In this document: positions 24,870 to 38,748 of the stretch, piece after piece | Layout: every line of letters starts with the position of its first letter | How positions within the stretch are numbered: the stretch's first letter is position 1 | Source of the DNA: Mobula hypostoma | Taxonomy: Eukaryota | Assembly (NCBI RefSeq): GCF_963921235.1 | Contig: NC_086097.1 | Location: 235,850,001-235,914,000, forward strand | Length of the DNA stretch: 64,000 bases | Reading direction: 5' to 3' | Program-made: the position numbers and the translations under genes | The notes under the pieces: model-generated | Seen by the model: only the letters and a program-made list of their open reading frames with translations | Told to the model about the DNA's origin: nothing | The model's database searches: none

Positions 24870-26475
24870 GTGGACCTAATTGAACTCCCTCCTCTCCAAA
24901 CTTACAATGCCCAGATTAGTCAAAGCTCTATTACGCTGCCTTGGGAACACCTTGTCAGGCCCTGGGGATTTATCCACCCAGATTTGCTTCTGGTCAGCAA
25001 ACACCTCCTCCTCTGTACTCTGCACAGGGTCTATGAAGTTGATGCTGCTTTGCCTCACTTTGAAAGAATAAGTATCCAACACCCAATCAAATACAGATGA
25101 AAAGAATTCATTTAAGATCTCCCCCATCTCGTTTGGGTCGACACATTGATTACTGCTCTGGTCTTCCAAAGGACAGATGTTATCCGTTGCAATCCCTTTG
25201 CTCTTACCAATTTCTGTAGAATCCCTTAGGATTTTGCTTCACCTTGTCTGCTACAGCAACTTCATGCCTTTGTTTAGCCTTCTTAATTCCTTTCTTAAGC
25301 TTTCTCTTGCATTTCTTATACTCCATCAGCACCCCATTTGTTCCTGCTTGGCTATACCCGCTATGCACCTTATTTTCTCTCTTAACCAGGGTCTCAATAT
25401 CTCTTGAAAACCAAGGTTCCATACACTTGCTTTCTTTACCTTTTATTCTGACAAATTCATACAATCTTTGTACCTCTCAAAATTTTGCTTTTGAAGTCCT
25501 CCAATTTTCTAAATACATCTTTGCCAGAAAACAGCCTGTCCCAATCCACACTTGCTAGATCATTTCTGATACCATCAGAAGTTCTCCAATTTAGAATCCG
25601 AACCCACACACCAGATCTATCTTTTCTCATGTTTACTCTGAAACTAACAGCATTGTAATCACTGGATGCGAATCGTTCCCCTACACAAACGTCTGTCACC
25701 TACCCTGTTTCCTCCCCTAATAGCAGATCCAGTATCACGCACTCTCTTTTTGGGATTTCTACGTCCTGATGAAGGAAACTTTGACAAAGTCTATCCTGTC
25801 TAGTCCTTGAACAGTATGGGATTCCCAGTGAATATGTGCAAAGTTAAAATTACGAAATTTAAAAACTTTATGTTTCTTGCAATAATCTGTGATCTCTTTA
25901 CAAATCTGCTCCTCTAAATCCCTAGGACTGTTGGGTGGTCTATAATATAACCCCATTAATGTGGTCATATCTTTCTTATTTAAATCTCAATAGTTGATTT
26001 CTCTAGTCTGTTCTGATGGAGCACTGCCATGATATTTTTCCTGACTAGTAATGTGACCCATCCTCCATTAATCCCTCCAGCTCTGTCGCATCTAAAATAG
26101 TGGAACCTTGGAATATTGAGCTGTCAGTCCTGTCCCTCCTGCAACCAAGTCTCACTAATGTCTACAACATCATAATTGCAGGTACTGATCCATGCCCTGA
26201 GCTCATCCACCTTTCCTATGATATGTCCTGCATTGAAATATATGTGGCTTAGGACACCATGCTGAAACTTTTAATTCCTGACTTTATCTGAAGTATGACC
26301 AACGTCTCCTCCACAACTTCTCCACTAACTGTTCTGGCACTCTGGTTCCCACCCCCCTACAACTCTAAGTTAAACCTCATCATGCAACATTAACAAACGT
26401 TCCCGCCAGGATATTCGCTCACCTCCAGTTCAGGTGCGAACTATCCCTTCTGTACGGGTCTCACCTTCCCTGGAG
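24870..26475 (-). mobile_element. CR1-clade LINE fragment (endonuclease/linker region)
   Basis: GLYYRPPNS, SDYNAVSF, EPWFSRDIE, KSPGPDKVFPR in minus frames. Confidence 0.8.
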
Positions 26476-27544
26476 GTGGCATCCGCCACTGTTTGAGTAG
26501 AAAGCTTGCCCCTCACATTCCTTTTTAATCTACCTCTCTCACTTTAATGCATGCCCTCTGGTATTAGACCAGATATTAGACACCAGTGGTATTGTCTGGA
26601 AGTCGTTGTCTAGAGAGAATTTAAACTGCAATTAGTGTAAATGGCAATTGATAGTCAAACACAGACTTGGTTGCCAAAAGTCCAACTCTGTACAACTTTG
26701 ACTCTATGACTAACACCAAGATAATACACAAAGAGTGAAAGCATTGTTTCCACTCATTCCATTGGGTCGTTTCTCATTGCCTTTTCTCTTACTTTCTTGA
26801 AGGTCAATGTTTCATTCCTGTGCTTTCTTTTTCTTTTTGTACCAGCTTTGACATCAAATCCTCCTGATTTTTCAGTCATTCCTCTGATTTTGCAGACAAA
26901 ATTGAACTGGTTAAACTATTGGTCCAGTTAAGATGCATTTTGGTAGGTTAATTAGCCATTGTATATTCGCCTCAGTGTGTAGGTGGGTGGTCGTACGAAT
27001 CTGAAAGGAGTCGATGGGAACAAAGAGAGAACTTAACCTGGGGTTAATGTAAATGGGTGATTGATGGTCAATACAGACTTCATTGCAAAAAAAAACATTT
27101 CCAAGATGTGAGGAGAAAGGTGGATGGATGCAGGTGGCAGAGAAATTATAGTCATTGTGTTATAGAGCTCAACAGCATAAAAACAGGCCTTTCAGTCCAT
27201 CTATTCCAGGCTGAACTATTAACCTGCCTCATTCCATTGACCTGCACCTGGGCTATAGCCCTCTTACCCCTCCCATCCATGTACTTATCCAAACATCTCT
27301 TAAATGTTGAAATTGAACCTGTATTCATCACTTCTGCTGGTAGCTTGTTCCACAGTTGCACCATCCTCTGAGTGAAGATGGTCCCCTCATGTTCACCTTT
27401 GACCTGTAGTTCTGGTCTCACCCAACATCAGTGACATTTACCCTGTCTATACCTTGAAGTTTTGTGAATATTTCTCAAATCTCCCCTCATCCTCATAAGT
27501 TCCACGGAATAAAATACTAACCTTATGAATCTGATTGAATTATA

Positions 27545-28515
27545 TTGATGAAGGTAGATTGATGAAGGCACGTTGATCAAGGTAGAGCAGTGGATGTGGT
27601 GTATATGGATTTTAAGTATGGTGTTAGATAAAGCTCCCCATAGTAGGCTCATTCAGAAAGTCAGGAGGTATAGAATGCAGGAAAACTTGACTGTGTGGAT
27701 TTAGAATTGGTTTGCCCATAGAAGGTAGAGGCTGGCAGTAGATGAAGAGTATTCTGCCTGGAGGTCAGTGACCAGTACTGTTCTGCACAGATCGATTCCG
27801 AGAGACCTGTTCTTTGTGATTTTTATAAATGAAGAAGCGGAAGGGTGAGTTAGTAAGTTTTCAGATGATAGGAGTGTTGGTAAAACTGTGGATAGTGTCG
27901 AGGGTTATTGGAGATTGCAATGGGACATTAGTAGGATGCAGAGCTGGGCTGAAAAGTGGCAGATGGAGTTCAACCTAGAAAAGTATGAAATAATTAATAT
28001 TGAAAGATCAAATTTGAAGACAGTATATATGATTCTTAGCAGTGTAGAGGAACTAAAGCATTTTGTGGTCCATGTCCATAGACCCATCAAAGTTGCCTCT
28101 TTAATATGGTTGCTAAGAAGGCCTATGGTGTGGTAGCCTTCATTATCTGTAAATGAGTTCAGGAGCCTTGAGGTAATGTTGCAGTTCCTCAAAACTCTGG
28201 TTAGAACATACTCATGTTCTAGTTCTGGTACTTCATTATAAGAATAAGGTGGAAGCTTTAAAGAGGGTGCAGAGGAGATTTACTATGATGCATGACTTAT
28301 GAAGATACGTTGAATAATCCAGGCTTTTTCTCTTTGGTGTGAAAGAGGATGAGAGATGACTTGATAGAGGTGTACAAGATAATAAGAAGCATAGATAAAG
28401 TGAATAGCCAGAGACATTTTCCTAGGAGGGAAATAGCTAATGCAAAGGACCATAATTTTAATATGATCAGAGGAAAATATAGGAGAGATGTCAGAGGTAG
28501 GTTCTTCACACAGAG
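27545..28515 (+). mobile_element. CR1-clade LINE fragment, degraded RT
   Basis: WAEKWQMEFN, RDDLIEVYKIIR, DVRGRFFTQR. Confidence 0.8.
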
Positions 28516-28517
28516 AC

Positions 28518-29200
28518 ATGTATGGAGTACATATATGTCACCATATACAACCCTGAAATTTATTTTCTTGTGGGCATACTCAATGAATCCACAATAGAAT
28601 AATAACCAGAAGAGAACCAATGGAAGACTGTGCCACCTTGGGTTTTCAACCAGTGTGCAAAAGACAACAAGCTGTGCAAATACAAAAATGAAATAATAAT
28701 AACAATTAAAAAGAAATAATTATTAATAACATGAGATGAAGAATACTTGAAAGTGAGTCCATTGGTTGTGGGAAGAGTGCAATGATAAGGCAAGTGAAGT
28801 TGAGCAAAGTTATCCCTTTTGGTTCATGAACCTGATGGTTGATGGGTAATAAATATTCCCGAACCTAGTGGTGTGAGTCCTGATGCTTCTGTACCTTCTT
28901 CCCGATGTCAGCAGTGAGAAGAGAGCATGAACAAGGTGAGGGGTATTGTTGATGATGGATGCTACTTTCCTGTGACAAGACTTTGTGAAGACATGCTCAA
29001 TGGTTGGGAGGGCTTTACCCATGGTGGACTGGGCCATATCTATTACTTTTTGTATGATTTTCCATCTCAGGGCATTGGTGCTTTAATACCAGACAGTGAT
29101 GCAGCCATCCAATATATTGTACTCTCTACCACACATCTATAGAAGTTATCAGAACTTTAGATGTTACACCAAATCTTTGCAAACTCTTAAGGAAGTACTT
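28518..29200 (-). mobile_element. Rex1/Babar-type LINE 3' end
   Basis: ORF 28810..29037 HALFSLLTSGRRYRSIRTHTTRFGNIYYPSTIR. Confidence 0.75.
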
Positions 29201-29425
29201 GTATTTCACCTGAATTTAAATCCACATATTGGATGAAGGGATTTAAGCACATTTCAGGATTCTTAGCCCAAGTGTCTGGGTTATTAATGGGGTAGCTAAA
29301 TTATGTTGTAGTTTATATTGTATAGCTTTTTAAATATTTTATTTTGGATGAATATTCTAAATTACTTCCAAGTGTGCTTATGCATTTTAATTAACTTCTT
29401 GTGATTGAATATTTAACAAATGTTT

Positions 29426-29720
29426 TTTCTTGGTGTTTGCCTGCGTGCATGCGAGTTTGTGCATGTGCATCTGCATGTCCGTGCGTGCGTCCGCGATGAT
29501 ATCTTTTCCATGGCTTTTACAAGGCGTGGAGCGAGAGAGAGAGAGAGAGACTGTGTGGCTCACCACTCCTCACACTGACATTTTCACAGTATTTTCCCTT
29601 TATTTTACGAGATCAACCCGGCACGGATGGAAAGCGTACTCGGGAGCTGACCCGACTAGTTTCGAACCCGGGAATCTCCGCTCCCGGGTCTGGCGCCGAT
29701 GTTGCACCACCCACCGGCCC
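29426..29720 (-). mobile_element. tRNA-derived SINE with 13-bp TSD
   Basis: TSD ttaacaaatgttt (29413-29425, 29721-29733); minus-strand head ggccggtgggtggtgcaac...gggttcgaaac (B box); CpG-rich; internal (GA)n. Confidence 0.75.
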
Positions 29721-29759
29721 TTAACAAATGTTTCATTTTTATTTTGTTACTTCTATTCA

Positions 29760-30605
29760 TAGAGTCATAGAGAAGCACAGCACAGAAACAGGCCCATCAT
29801 TTCATCCAGTCCATGCTGAAACTATTTGGACTGCCTACTCAACCTGCACCAGGATCATAGCCCTTCATACACCTACCATCCATGTACCTATCTAAACTTC
29901 TTTTAAACATTGAAATCAGGTTGGCACGCTTCACTTGTGCGGGCAGCTCGTGGCCCTCTGAGAGAAAAAGTTTCCACTCATGTTACCCTTAAAATTCTTA
30001 CCTTTCACCCCTGACCCATGACCTCTGATTGTATTCCCACCCAACCTCACTGGAAAAAGCCTGCTTGCATTTACCCCATCCATAATCCTCATAATTTTGT
30101 ATACCTCTATCAAATCTCCTCTGAATCTTCTACATTCTAAAGAATACAGTCCTAACCTGTTCAGTCTTTCCTTTAACTCATGTTCTCCAGACGCGGCAAT
30201 ATCCTTGTAAAATTTTTTCTATATTCTTTCAACCTTGTTTGTATCTTTCCTGTAGTTAGATGACTTAAACTGCACACATTACTCCAAGTTAGACCTCACC
30301 AATTTCTTGTATAACTTCACATAATATCCCATCTACTGTACTCAATACATTGATTTATGAAGGCTAGAACCTTTCTTTAGAACCCTATCTATCTGTAACA
30401 CCACTTTCAACAAATTATTGGCTTGTATTCCCAGATCACCTTGTTATTCCACACTCCCCAATGCCTACCATTCGTCCTGTAAGACCTACCCTGGTTGGTC
30501 CTACCAGAGTGTAAATCCTCACACCTGTCTGCATTAAATTCCATCTGCCACTTTCAGCCCATTTTTCCAGATGATGCAGATCCCTCTGCAAGCCATGATA
30601 GCCTT
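29760..30605 (-). mobile_element. CR1-clade LINE 3' fragment
   Basis: IEVYKIMR...IRGHGSGVKG...GNFFSQR; reverse tail atagagtcatagag. Confidence 0.8.
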
Positions 30606-32651
30606 CCTTTATTTTAAGGTTTATAAATGCTTCTTGTTGTTGGAGTGATTTTTTTTTTCAGATTAAATTACAATTTTGAAAGAAATCAAAGCTCCACCCT
30701 CTGCTTTGTCAGCTACCAAAGCTTGTCAGAACAGCTTTGATGGTATTTGTCATAAGACACTTGGGTCTAGCCAACAGCGTGAGCATGCAAAGGGACTACA
30801 GGGCCTTCCCTCTTCATTTAGCCCATGTTAATGTATGTGTAGTCCCAGACAGCTAGTCTGGGAAGTACACAAAATCCACCACCATCTAATCAGAATAATA
30901 TACCTAGTAATTGTTTAAACTTCTGCAGCAGTAGGCATATGTTCTTTTTTATGGTTCTCCATTGCAATCTGATAAATGTTTTGTTTTATTTGAGTATTAT
31001 CCTCAAAGAAAACCAGGAATAAGCTGTACTTGAGAAAAGACAGTTGCACTTATGCAGAACCACAGATGATCTCAGAAAGCTATAAAGTATTTTACATCCA
31101 ATTAATTGCTTTATTCAAAACTCGTTATTTATGTAAGAAACATGGTAGCTAACTGTAACAAAGCAAGTTTCACCTATATCCATCAACAATCAATCAGATA
31201 AATTGTAAGGAATGTTGATTAAGATTTAAATGTAAACCTAGACCTATTTCCTGAGATGGTCTCATGGAATTCATTGTATTCACATGATCTTGTAATAAGA
31301 ATCTCTGCTTAATGTCTCTTCTGAAAAATAAATGTCTGGAAATTTGTCCTCTGTTGTGTATCTCAAGGAAAAGAAACTAGATGGAACAATGTGTTTCAAT
31401 TTTTGTATCAATTTTGACACAATAAATTTGTTCACATTCCATATTATCTTTTCTGAAACATCTGGGATTTGATGTTGAACAGGTGTGATTGAAATATGTA
31501 CTTTTATGAAGATAAACTCAAGTAATTTCTTCTTTGTTCCTGTTTTTCTCATCACTTACCTCACACCCAGTCTGGCAGCTGAGTCCTTTAGGACAGAGTC
31601 ACCTTGATGATCTACAAAGATACTTCTGCACAGTAAACATTCCCTGCTAGGTAACTGCATCTTTCAAATGTCAAACCAGATGTCAGGTCTGATGTTTTTG
31701 GCAGGTGTTCTTGCCCATGGTTGATCTAATTGCCCTGGTTGCCCATAGTGGTATTACCATTAGATAGGGTTCTAAAGAATGCTTTTGGCCTTCATAAATC
31801 AATGTACTGAGTACAGTAGAGATATTATTAGAGATATTGAGATCCAAAATGCAATGCTGAAGAATTTTTGGGGCCTTCTTTCTTCATGTGATCACTTATG
31901 GTCTTTTCTGCTGGTAGTTAGGATGTACCTTGGATGGTGATGGAATAGTTACAGCATGGACCCAAATCCAACTGAAGAATAAATTTCATTGTAAGATGGT
32001 CTGTTTTCATTTTTTAACCAGTACCAAGTTCATTTGTAAATTTCATACCTTCTCAACAGTGCATCAGACAATCATATCCTGTTCCTCTGCCAAGTAAGAC
32101 CATAGCAGGTGTGGTGATGCATTACTGTACAGGCAATAGATAAACCTAAACGCAAAACCAGAACTCAATAAGTCAGAAATGAGGAAGAAAAGGTCCTCCT
32201 CATTACACAACAAATGATAGTGCTCCTCCTTGTTGAACAACAGTGGAACAATGCATTAAAAACAGCAGAGGGTACAGATTGCACTTTGTAGGGGGTACTT
32301 TAATATCCATCTCCAAGTTTGATAGCACCTCCAATGACCAAACTGACCAAGTCTTAAGCACAGTACTGCCAGACTGAATCTATGTCAGGTAGTAAATGAG
32401 CCAGTATTATGATGGATATTCACTTTCTAGGGTCCATGAAGCTAATTGCTAACCTGAGCTTTCTACCACAGCAGCATGACCTTCACGAAGGATCAGAGTT
32501 GTTTGTCACAAAGTTAAACTTCTAACAAATATTGTTACCTCAACATCTTGTTGTAAGAACCAGTCTTCAGTTCTTAATGTAAATTGCAAGCAGTAATCAA
32601 CTTGAAGTTATAAGAACAGCTACGTAAACAAACAATATCTTCTACAGACAG

Positions 32652-32831
32652 GATCTATAGGAAGAGGCGCAGTCGACGTTTCAGGCCGAGACCCTTCGCA
32701 GGGTCTCGGCCTGAAACGTCGACTGCGCCTCTTCCTATAGATGCTGCTTGGCCTGCTGCGTTCACCAGCAACTTTGATGTATGTTGCTTGAATTTCCAGC
32801 ATCTGCAGAATTCCTGTTGTTTGCGTTTAAA
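32652..32831. mobile_element. Short Penelope terminal insertion with perfect inverted repeat and 15-bp TSD
   Basis: TSD atcttctacagacag (32637-32651, 32832-32846); 43-bp arms 32653-32695 and 32700-32742; matches other Penelope termini in the window. Confidence 0.85.
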
Positions 32832-34331
32832 ATCTTCTACAGACAGTGCTGTTTGTCTACAGGCTGCTTGCCCACATCAGAGGACTGGCTGTTCAGGAGA
32901 TATGGTTTGAACAGTGAAGTGACCATGAGATGCCTCCTCTTCATCAGCCAATGGGGTTATGTTAATTGGCCTGCGTTAAACCAGGCAACTGCAGCAAAGT
33001 TATTTGAATCATTGCGATAAAGATCAAGGAAGGTTCCAAACAAGACTTATTTTGTCACTTAGCACATCAAACATGGTCATCAAACACATTTCCAAATTCA
33101 CAAGATATATAAAATGGACTTGCAACTCACTTTCACCAATTTGTTGAAGCCAAGATCATCCCTATTGATGTTTTCGTGTAACGCCTCACGAGTTACTTAA
33201 AATTAAATGACATCTTTTTATCAAAAGTACCTTTATCAAAGTGCATCAAGCACCTTTTTTTTTGTAATGTGCTGAGATTATAGTTTTGAACTCCTAAGAC
33301 ACTTAATTAACAAGAGCTGAAACTTTCTTGGGAAACTGGCAGCATTTCTCTATTAGAGTCTTTGCGTTTCCAAAGGCTTAAGCTCAGATTGATGGCTGAT
33401 TGCCAGAACATCATCGAATCAGCTCAATTTGTTATTTGGCACATTTTTTCTTGCTTCACAGGATCAAGCTTAACTGTAAACTAATTTTCTGATTCTGCAG
33501 GAAATTGCACGTTCACTAAATCTCTGTCTTCTTACAAGGTCACAGCAGCTTTGATCAGACTAGCGCACTGAACTCAATATCATCCCTCATGTGTTTATTA
33601 GAATCCCTTAAGGATAATTGATTTCAAAAGGAGGAAGGAGGTGGTTATATTTTAATGGTATTTCTTCTGATTATTTTGATGAAGAAAAACTGAATCTGTG
33701 GAGTTCTAAGTTTGCCAAACAGTACAGGTAGCTTAATTAGGTTAACATTTTGCATGCTCAACCTGACTGTGCCCAGAGATTTTTGGACAATTAAGGAAAA
33801 AAGGACGATTAATTGTTTTGTGATGATTCTTGGGGAGATGTGATTTCTTGCCGATTATAACTAATTGCTTTTGAGAATCAGGAAGATAGATTTGCATTAA
33901 TTTATCACCCTCAAGACCTTAGGATATCCCAGAATATTTACTGCCAATCAGTTACTTTCAAAATGCAGTCAGTGTTGTAACAAAGGAAATGAGATTGTCA
34001 ATTGCACATGGAAAGGTCCCATAAATGACAATACAAAAACAGATAAATTATCCTTTTTGATGTATAAAGTACATTCACTAGCACAACATAGGTAATTATT
34101 CTGCTCTCATCGTGTCATAGAATCATAGAAAAGTACAGCACAAAAACAGATTTATCTAGTCCGTGCTGAACCATTTAAACTGCCTATTCATTTTGACCTG
34201 CACCAGAACCATAGCCTTCATACACCTACCATCCAACCATTTCTTTTAAATGCTGAAATCTAGCTCGCATGCACCACTTGTTCTGACAGCTCATTCCACG
34301 CTTTCACAGCCATGTGAGGGAGAAGGTTCCC

Positions 34332-34502
34332 TAGTATACTATTATGTTATCTTGGTTTTTTATGTTTAAATTACATTGTTTGTAGTATTTTTTTTGGTAT
34401 TGATACCTTCTGGAATTTTATTATATCTTAACATTGTATTAATGTTTATATGGTTTACCTTTTTGTATACTTATTCAATAAAAAGATTTAAAAAGAAAGA
34501 AA
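34332..34502 (+). mobile_element. AT-rich retroposon 3' end (L1/Tx1-like tail) nested in a minus-strand CR1 tail (about 34115-34645)
   Basis: caataaaaag then A-rich aaaaagaaagaaag; near-perfect flanking repeat gagaaggttccc / gagaagtttccc. Confidence 0.5.
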
Positions 34503-34689
34503 GAGAAGTTTCCCCTCATGCTCCCTTTAAACTTTTCACCTTTCACCCTCAACCCATGACCACTGGTTGTAGTCTCACCTAACCTCACTGAAAAAAGCCT
34601 GCTTGCATCTACACTATCTCTACCCCTCATAATTTTATACCCCTCGCTTTCAAAATATACTTAATGTATGCCTTCTGCGATAGCACAGT

Positions 34690-34995
34690 GACAAAGTGAT
34701 GCGAGCAACTGCATTACACGTGCAGCCACATGGGTTCAATTCTGACCTTGGGTGCGCTCTGTGTGAAGCTGGGACATCTCCCTGTGACCACAATGATTTA
34801 TTTATTTTTACGTTTTTTGAAATTCAATTGAGAGATCCAGCATGGTAGCAAGGCCTTCTGGCACAAGACGTGCCACTGCACAATTACACTCATGTGATCC
34901 ATTAACCTACTAACCTGAATGTCTTTGAAATGCAGGAGGAAACTGGGACACCTGGAGGAAACACACATGGTCACGTACAAAGTCCTTATACATGG
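34690..34995. mobile_element. V-domain SINE fragments in opposite orientations
   Basis: Plus-strand head gggttcaattctgacc...ctctgtgtgaag; minus-strand core ggaggaaactgggacacctggaggaaacacacatggtcac. Confidence 0.6.
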
Positions 34996-35361
34996 CAAGG
35001 GTACCCTCTAGCTACGTATCTATGTCGGATAGGGCTTAAAATCTTCTTTTGAGTTTAGAGCTTTGTAGACAGGGAACCCAATACCATTGCAAATGAACAG
35101 GAGCTAGTCAGGCTTAAGACAGGATTGAAGAGCTAATGTTGATATCACCCATCCAGTCACCTTATCGGGTCTGAGATCAGTGAAAGATTTGCTTTCACAT
35201 GATGTCAGGACTGTCAGGAGAAATGAAAATGTGAATAGGCAGTTAACGCAGAGCAGCCCTGTGGCCATTCCCCTCAATAATAAGTATACCATTTTGGGTA
35301 GTGTTTTTGGGGATGGCTTCCTATGGGAATGCCACGGAAAAGGGGTTACTGGCACTGATCA

Positions 35362-35849
35362 ACATATGAGGAACGTTTAACATATGAGGGTTAACATACG
35401 AGGAAAGTTTGTCCGCTCTTGGATTGTATTCTTTGGAGTTTAGAAGAATGAGGGGGACCTCATAGAAACATTTAGAATGTTGAAAGGCACGGGCAGAGTG
35501 GAGGTGGCAAAATTGTTTCCCATGGTGGGGGAGTCTAGTACGAGAGGGCATGACTTCAGGATTGAAGGGCGTACATTCAGAACAGAAATGCGAAGAAATT
35601 TTTTTAGCCAGAGGGTGGTGAATCTATGGAATTTGTTGCCACAGGTGGCAGTGGACGCCAAGTCATTGGGTGTATTTAAGGCAGAGATTGATAGGTATCT
35701 GAGTAGCCAGGGCATCAAAGGTTATGGTGAGAAGGCGGGGGAGTGAGACTAAATGGGAGAATGAATCAGCTCATGATAAAATGGCGGAGCAGACTCGATG
35801 GGCCGAATGGCTGACTTCTGCTCCTTTGTCTTATGGTCTTATGGTCTCA
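35362..35849 (+). mobile_element. Nested CR1 3' fragment
   Basis: ORF 35477..35746 TRGHDFRIEG...RNFFSQRVVNLWN; (TTATGGTC)n tail; flanked by tgatca. Confidence 0.85.
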
Positions 35850-35894
35850 TGATCATGGCTTCATGGTGCAGAAGGGAAAGAGGGAGAAGAGGGA

Positions 35895-36395
35895 GTGATA
35901 GTGTTAGAGGACTCAAGAGTTAGGAGAACAGACAGGAGATTCTGTGGACATGAACAGGACACCAAAATGGTATGTTGCCTCTCAGATGCTAGGGTCAGGG
36001 ATGTCTTGGATCATGTCTGCAGCATTTTGGAGGGAGAGGGAGAGCAGCCAGATGTCTTGGTACATATTGGTACCAATGACATAGGAAGGAAAAGCAAAAA
36101 TGTCCTGAAAAGAGAAATTAAAGAGCTAGGCAGAAAGCTGAGAAGCATGACCTCCAGGGTAGTAACTTCTAGATTGCTGCCTGTACCACATGCCAGTGAG
36201 GGTAGAAAAAGGATGACCTGGCAGATTAATGTGTGGCTGAGAAGCCGGTACAGGGGGCAGGGCTTCAGGTTCTTGGATCATTGGGATCTCTTCTGGGGAA
36301 GGTATGACTTGTACAAAAGGGACAGTTTGCACCTGAACCCAAGGGAGACCAATATTCTCGCAGCCTGTTTTGTTAGAGCTGTACAAAAGGGATAG
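35895..36395 (+). pseudogene. CR1 ORF1 SGNH/GDSL esterase domain
   Basis: VLEDSRVR (block I), VLVHIGTNDIG (block III), RDSLHLN (block V). Confidence 0.85.
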
Positions 36396-36805
36396 GGTGC
36401 ACCTGAACCTGAGGGGCACCAATATTCTTGCAGCCTTGTTAGGAAGGGTTTATTACTAATTTGGCAGGGGTTTGGGAACTGGAGTGAAGGGACTCAGGAT
36501 AGAACAGATAGTAAAAAAGCAAAGATAGCGTACATTGAGACTGTTGGGAAAGGAAGGCAGATGATAGGACAAAATTGAGTTGGATGATCAGCAGGGTGAG
36601 TATCAGTGCATTCCGGATGCAAACTCAAAAAGGGTAGCAAATACAGTACTCGAACTGTTATATCTCAATGCATAGATTATAAGAAATAAGGTGGATGATA
36701 TTGTTACACTTTAGCTGATTGTCAGGTATGATGTTGTGGTCATCACTGAATCATGGCTCAAGGATGGTTGCAGCTGGGAGCAGAATGCCCAAGGTTACAT
36801 GTTGT

Positions 36806-37270
36806 ATGGCAGGACTTTCATATGATGAAAGACTGGATGAACTAGGCTTGAACTCTCTGGAATTTAGAAGATTGAGGGGGGATCTTATTGAAACGTATAA
36901 AATCCTAAAGGGATTGGACAGGCTAGATGCAGGAAGATTGCTCCTGATGTTGGGGAAGTCCAGAACGAGGAGTCACAGTTTGAGGATAAAGGGGAAGCCT
37001 TTTAGGACCAAGATTAGGAAAAGCTTCTTCACACAGAGAGTGGTGAATCTGTTGAATTCTCTGCCACAGGAAACAGTTGAGGCCAGTTCATTGGCTATAT
37101 TTGAGAGGGAGTTAGCCCTTGTGGCTAAAGGGATCAGGGGGTATGGAGGGAAGGCTGGTACAGGGTTCTGATTTGGATGATCACCCATGATCATACTGAA
37201 TGGCGGTGCAGGCTCGAAAGGCCGAATGGCCTACTCCTGCACCTATTTTCTATGTTTCTATGTTTCTATG
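36806..37270 (+). mobile_element. Nested CR1 3' fragment
   Basis: GLSYDERLDELGL...RRLRGDLIETYKILKG; (TTTCTATG)n tail. Confidence 0.85.
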
Positions 37271-38748
37271 TATCAGAGCGATAGGCAGGTAGGCAGAGAG
37301 GTGGTGTGGCTCTGCTGGTAAAGAATGGTATCATGTCAGTAGAAAGACGTGATATAGGATCCGAAGATGTTGAATCCTTGTGGGTTGAGTGAAGAAACTG
37401 CAAGGGTAAAAGGACCTTGATGGCAGTTATATGCATGCCTCCCAACAATAACTGAGATATGGAGCACTGATTGCAATGAGAAATAGAAAAGGCATGTCAA
37501 AAAGGCAGTGTTATGATAGTCATGGGAGATTTCAACATAAGGGTTGATTGGGAAAATTGGGCTGGCAATGGATCTCAAGAGAGTGAGTTCATTGACTGCC
37601 TACGAGATGGCTTTTTAGAGCAGTTTGTCGTTGAGCCTATAGGGGATCAGCTATACTAGACTGGGTGTTATAGACAATAGACAATAGGTGCAGGAGTAGG
37701 CCATTCGGCCCTTCGAGCCAGCACCGCCATTCACTGTGATCATGACTGATCATCCACAATCAGTAACCAGTTCCTGCCTTATGTAATGAACCAAAGGAAC
37801 TTCGGGTAAAAGAACCCAGGGAGGCAGTGATCCCATTATACAAAATGCTGGAGAAACTCAGCAGGCCAGGCAGCATCTATGGAAAAGAGTACACTTGACA
37901 TTTTTGGCCGAGACCCTTCAGCAGGACTGGAGAAAAAGAGGCCGAGGAGTAGATTTAGAAGGTGGGGGGATGGGAGAGAGGACACAAGGTGATGGGTGAA
38001 ACCTGAAGGGAGAGGAATGAAGTAAAGAGCTGGGAAGCTGATTTGTGAAAGAGATACAGGGCCGGAGAAGGGGAAGTCTGACAGAAGAGGACAGAAGGCC
38101 ATGGAAAAAAACAGAAGTGGGGGGAGGAGCACCAGAGGGAAGTGATGGGCGGACAAAGAGATAAGGTGAGAAAGAGAAAAAGGGATGGGGAATGGTGAAG
38201 TGGGTTAGGGGTGCATTACCGGTAGTTCGAGAAATCCATGTTTATGTCACATCAGGTTGGAGGCTACCCAGACAGAATATAAGATGTTGCGCCTCCAATC
38301 TAAGTGTGACCTCATTACGACAGAGGAGGAGGCATTGGATAGACATATCAGTCTGTGAATGGGAAGTGGAATTAAAATGGGTGGCCACTGAGAGATCCCA
38401 CATTTCTGGTGGACGGAGCATAGGTGCTCAGCGAAGCAGCCTCCCAACCCACGTCAGGTCTCACCGATATACAGGAGGCCACACTCGAGCACTGAGCACT
38501 GTATATGACCCAAACAAACTCACAGGTGATGTGTTGCCTCACCTGGAAGGACTGCTTGGGGTCCTGTATGGAGGAAGGAAGTGTAGGGGCAGGTGTAGCA
38601 CTTGTTCTGGAGTGAGATCAGTGGTGGGGGGGACAAATGGACAAGGGAGTTGCATAGGGAACGATCCCTGCAGAAAGTGGGGGGTGGAGGGAAGGAAAGA
38701 TGTGCTTGGTGGTGGGATCCCATTGCAGATGGCAGAAGTTGCAGAGAA

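Noticed and set aside
29640..29720. tRNA gene
   Set aside because: A B box is present but no convincing cloverleaf; it is the head of a TSD-flanked SINE
31555..31625. Apparent 52-nt minus-strand exon with good acceptor and GAG|gtaagt donor
   Set aside because: The sequence (gtcctaaaggactcagctgccagactggg) resembles the plus-strand stretch at about 32340-32400, and both look like ancient LINE endonuclease remnants; the splice signals are probably coincidental
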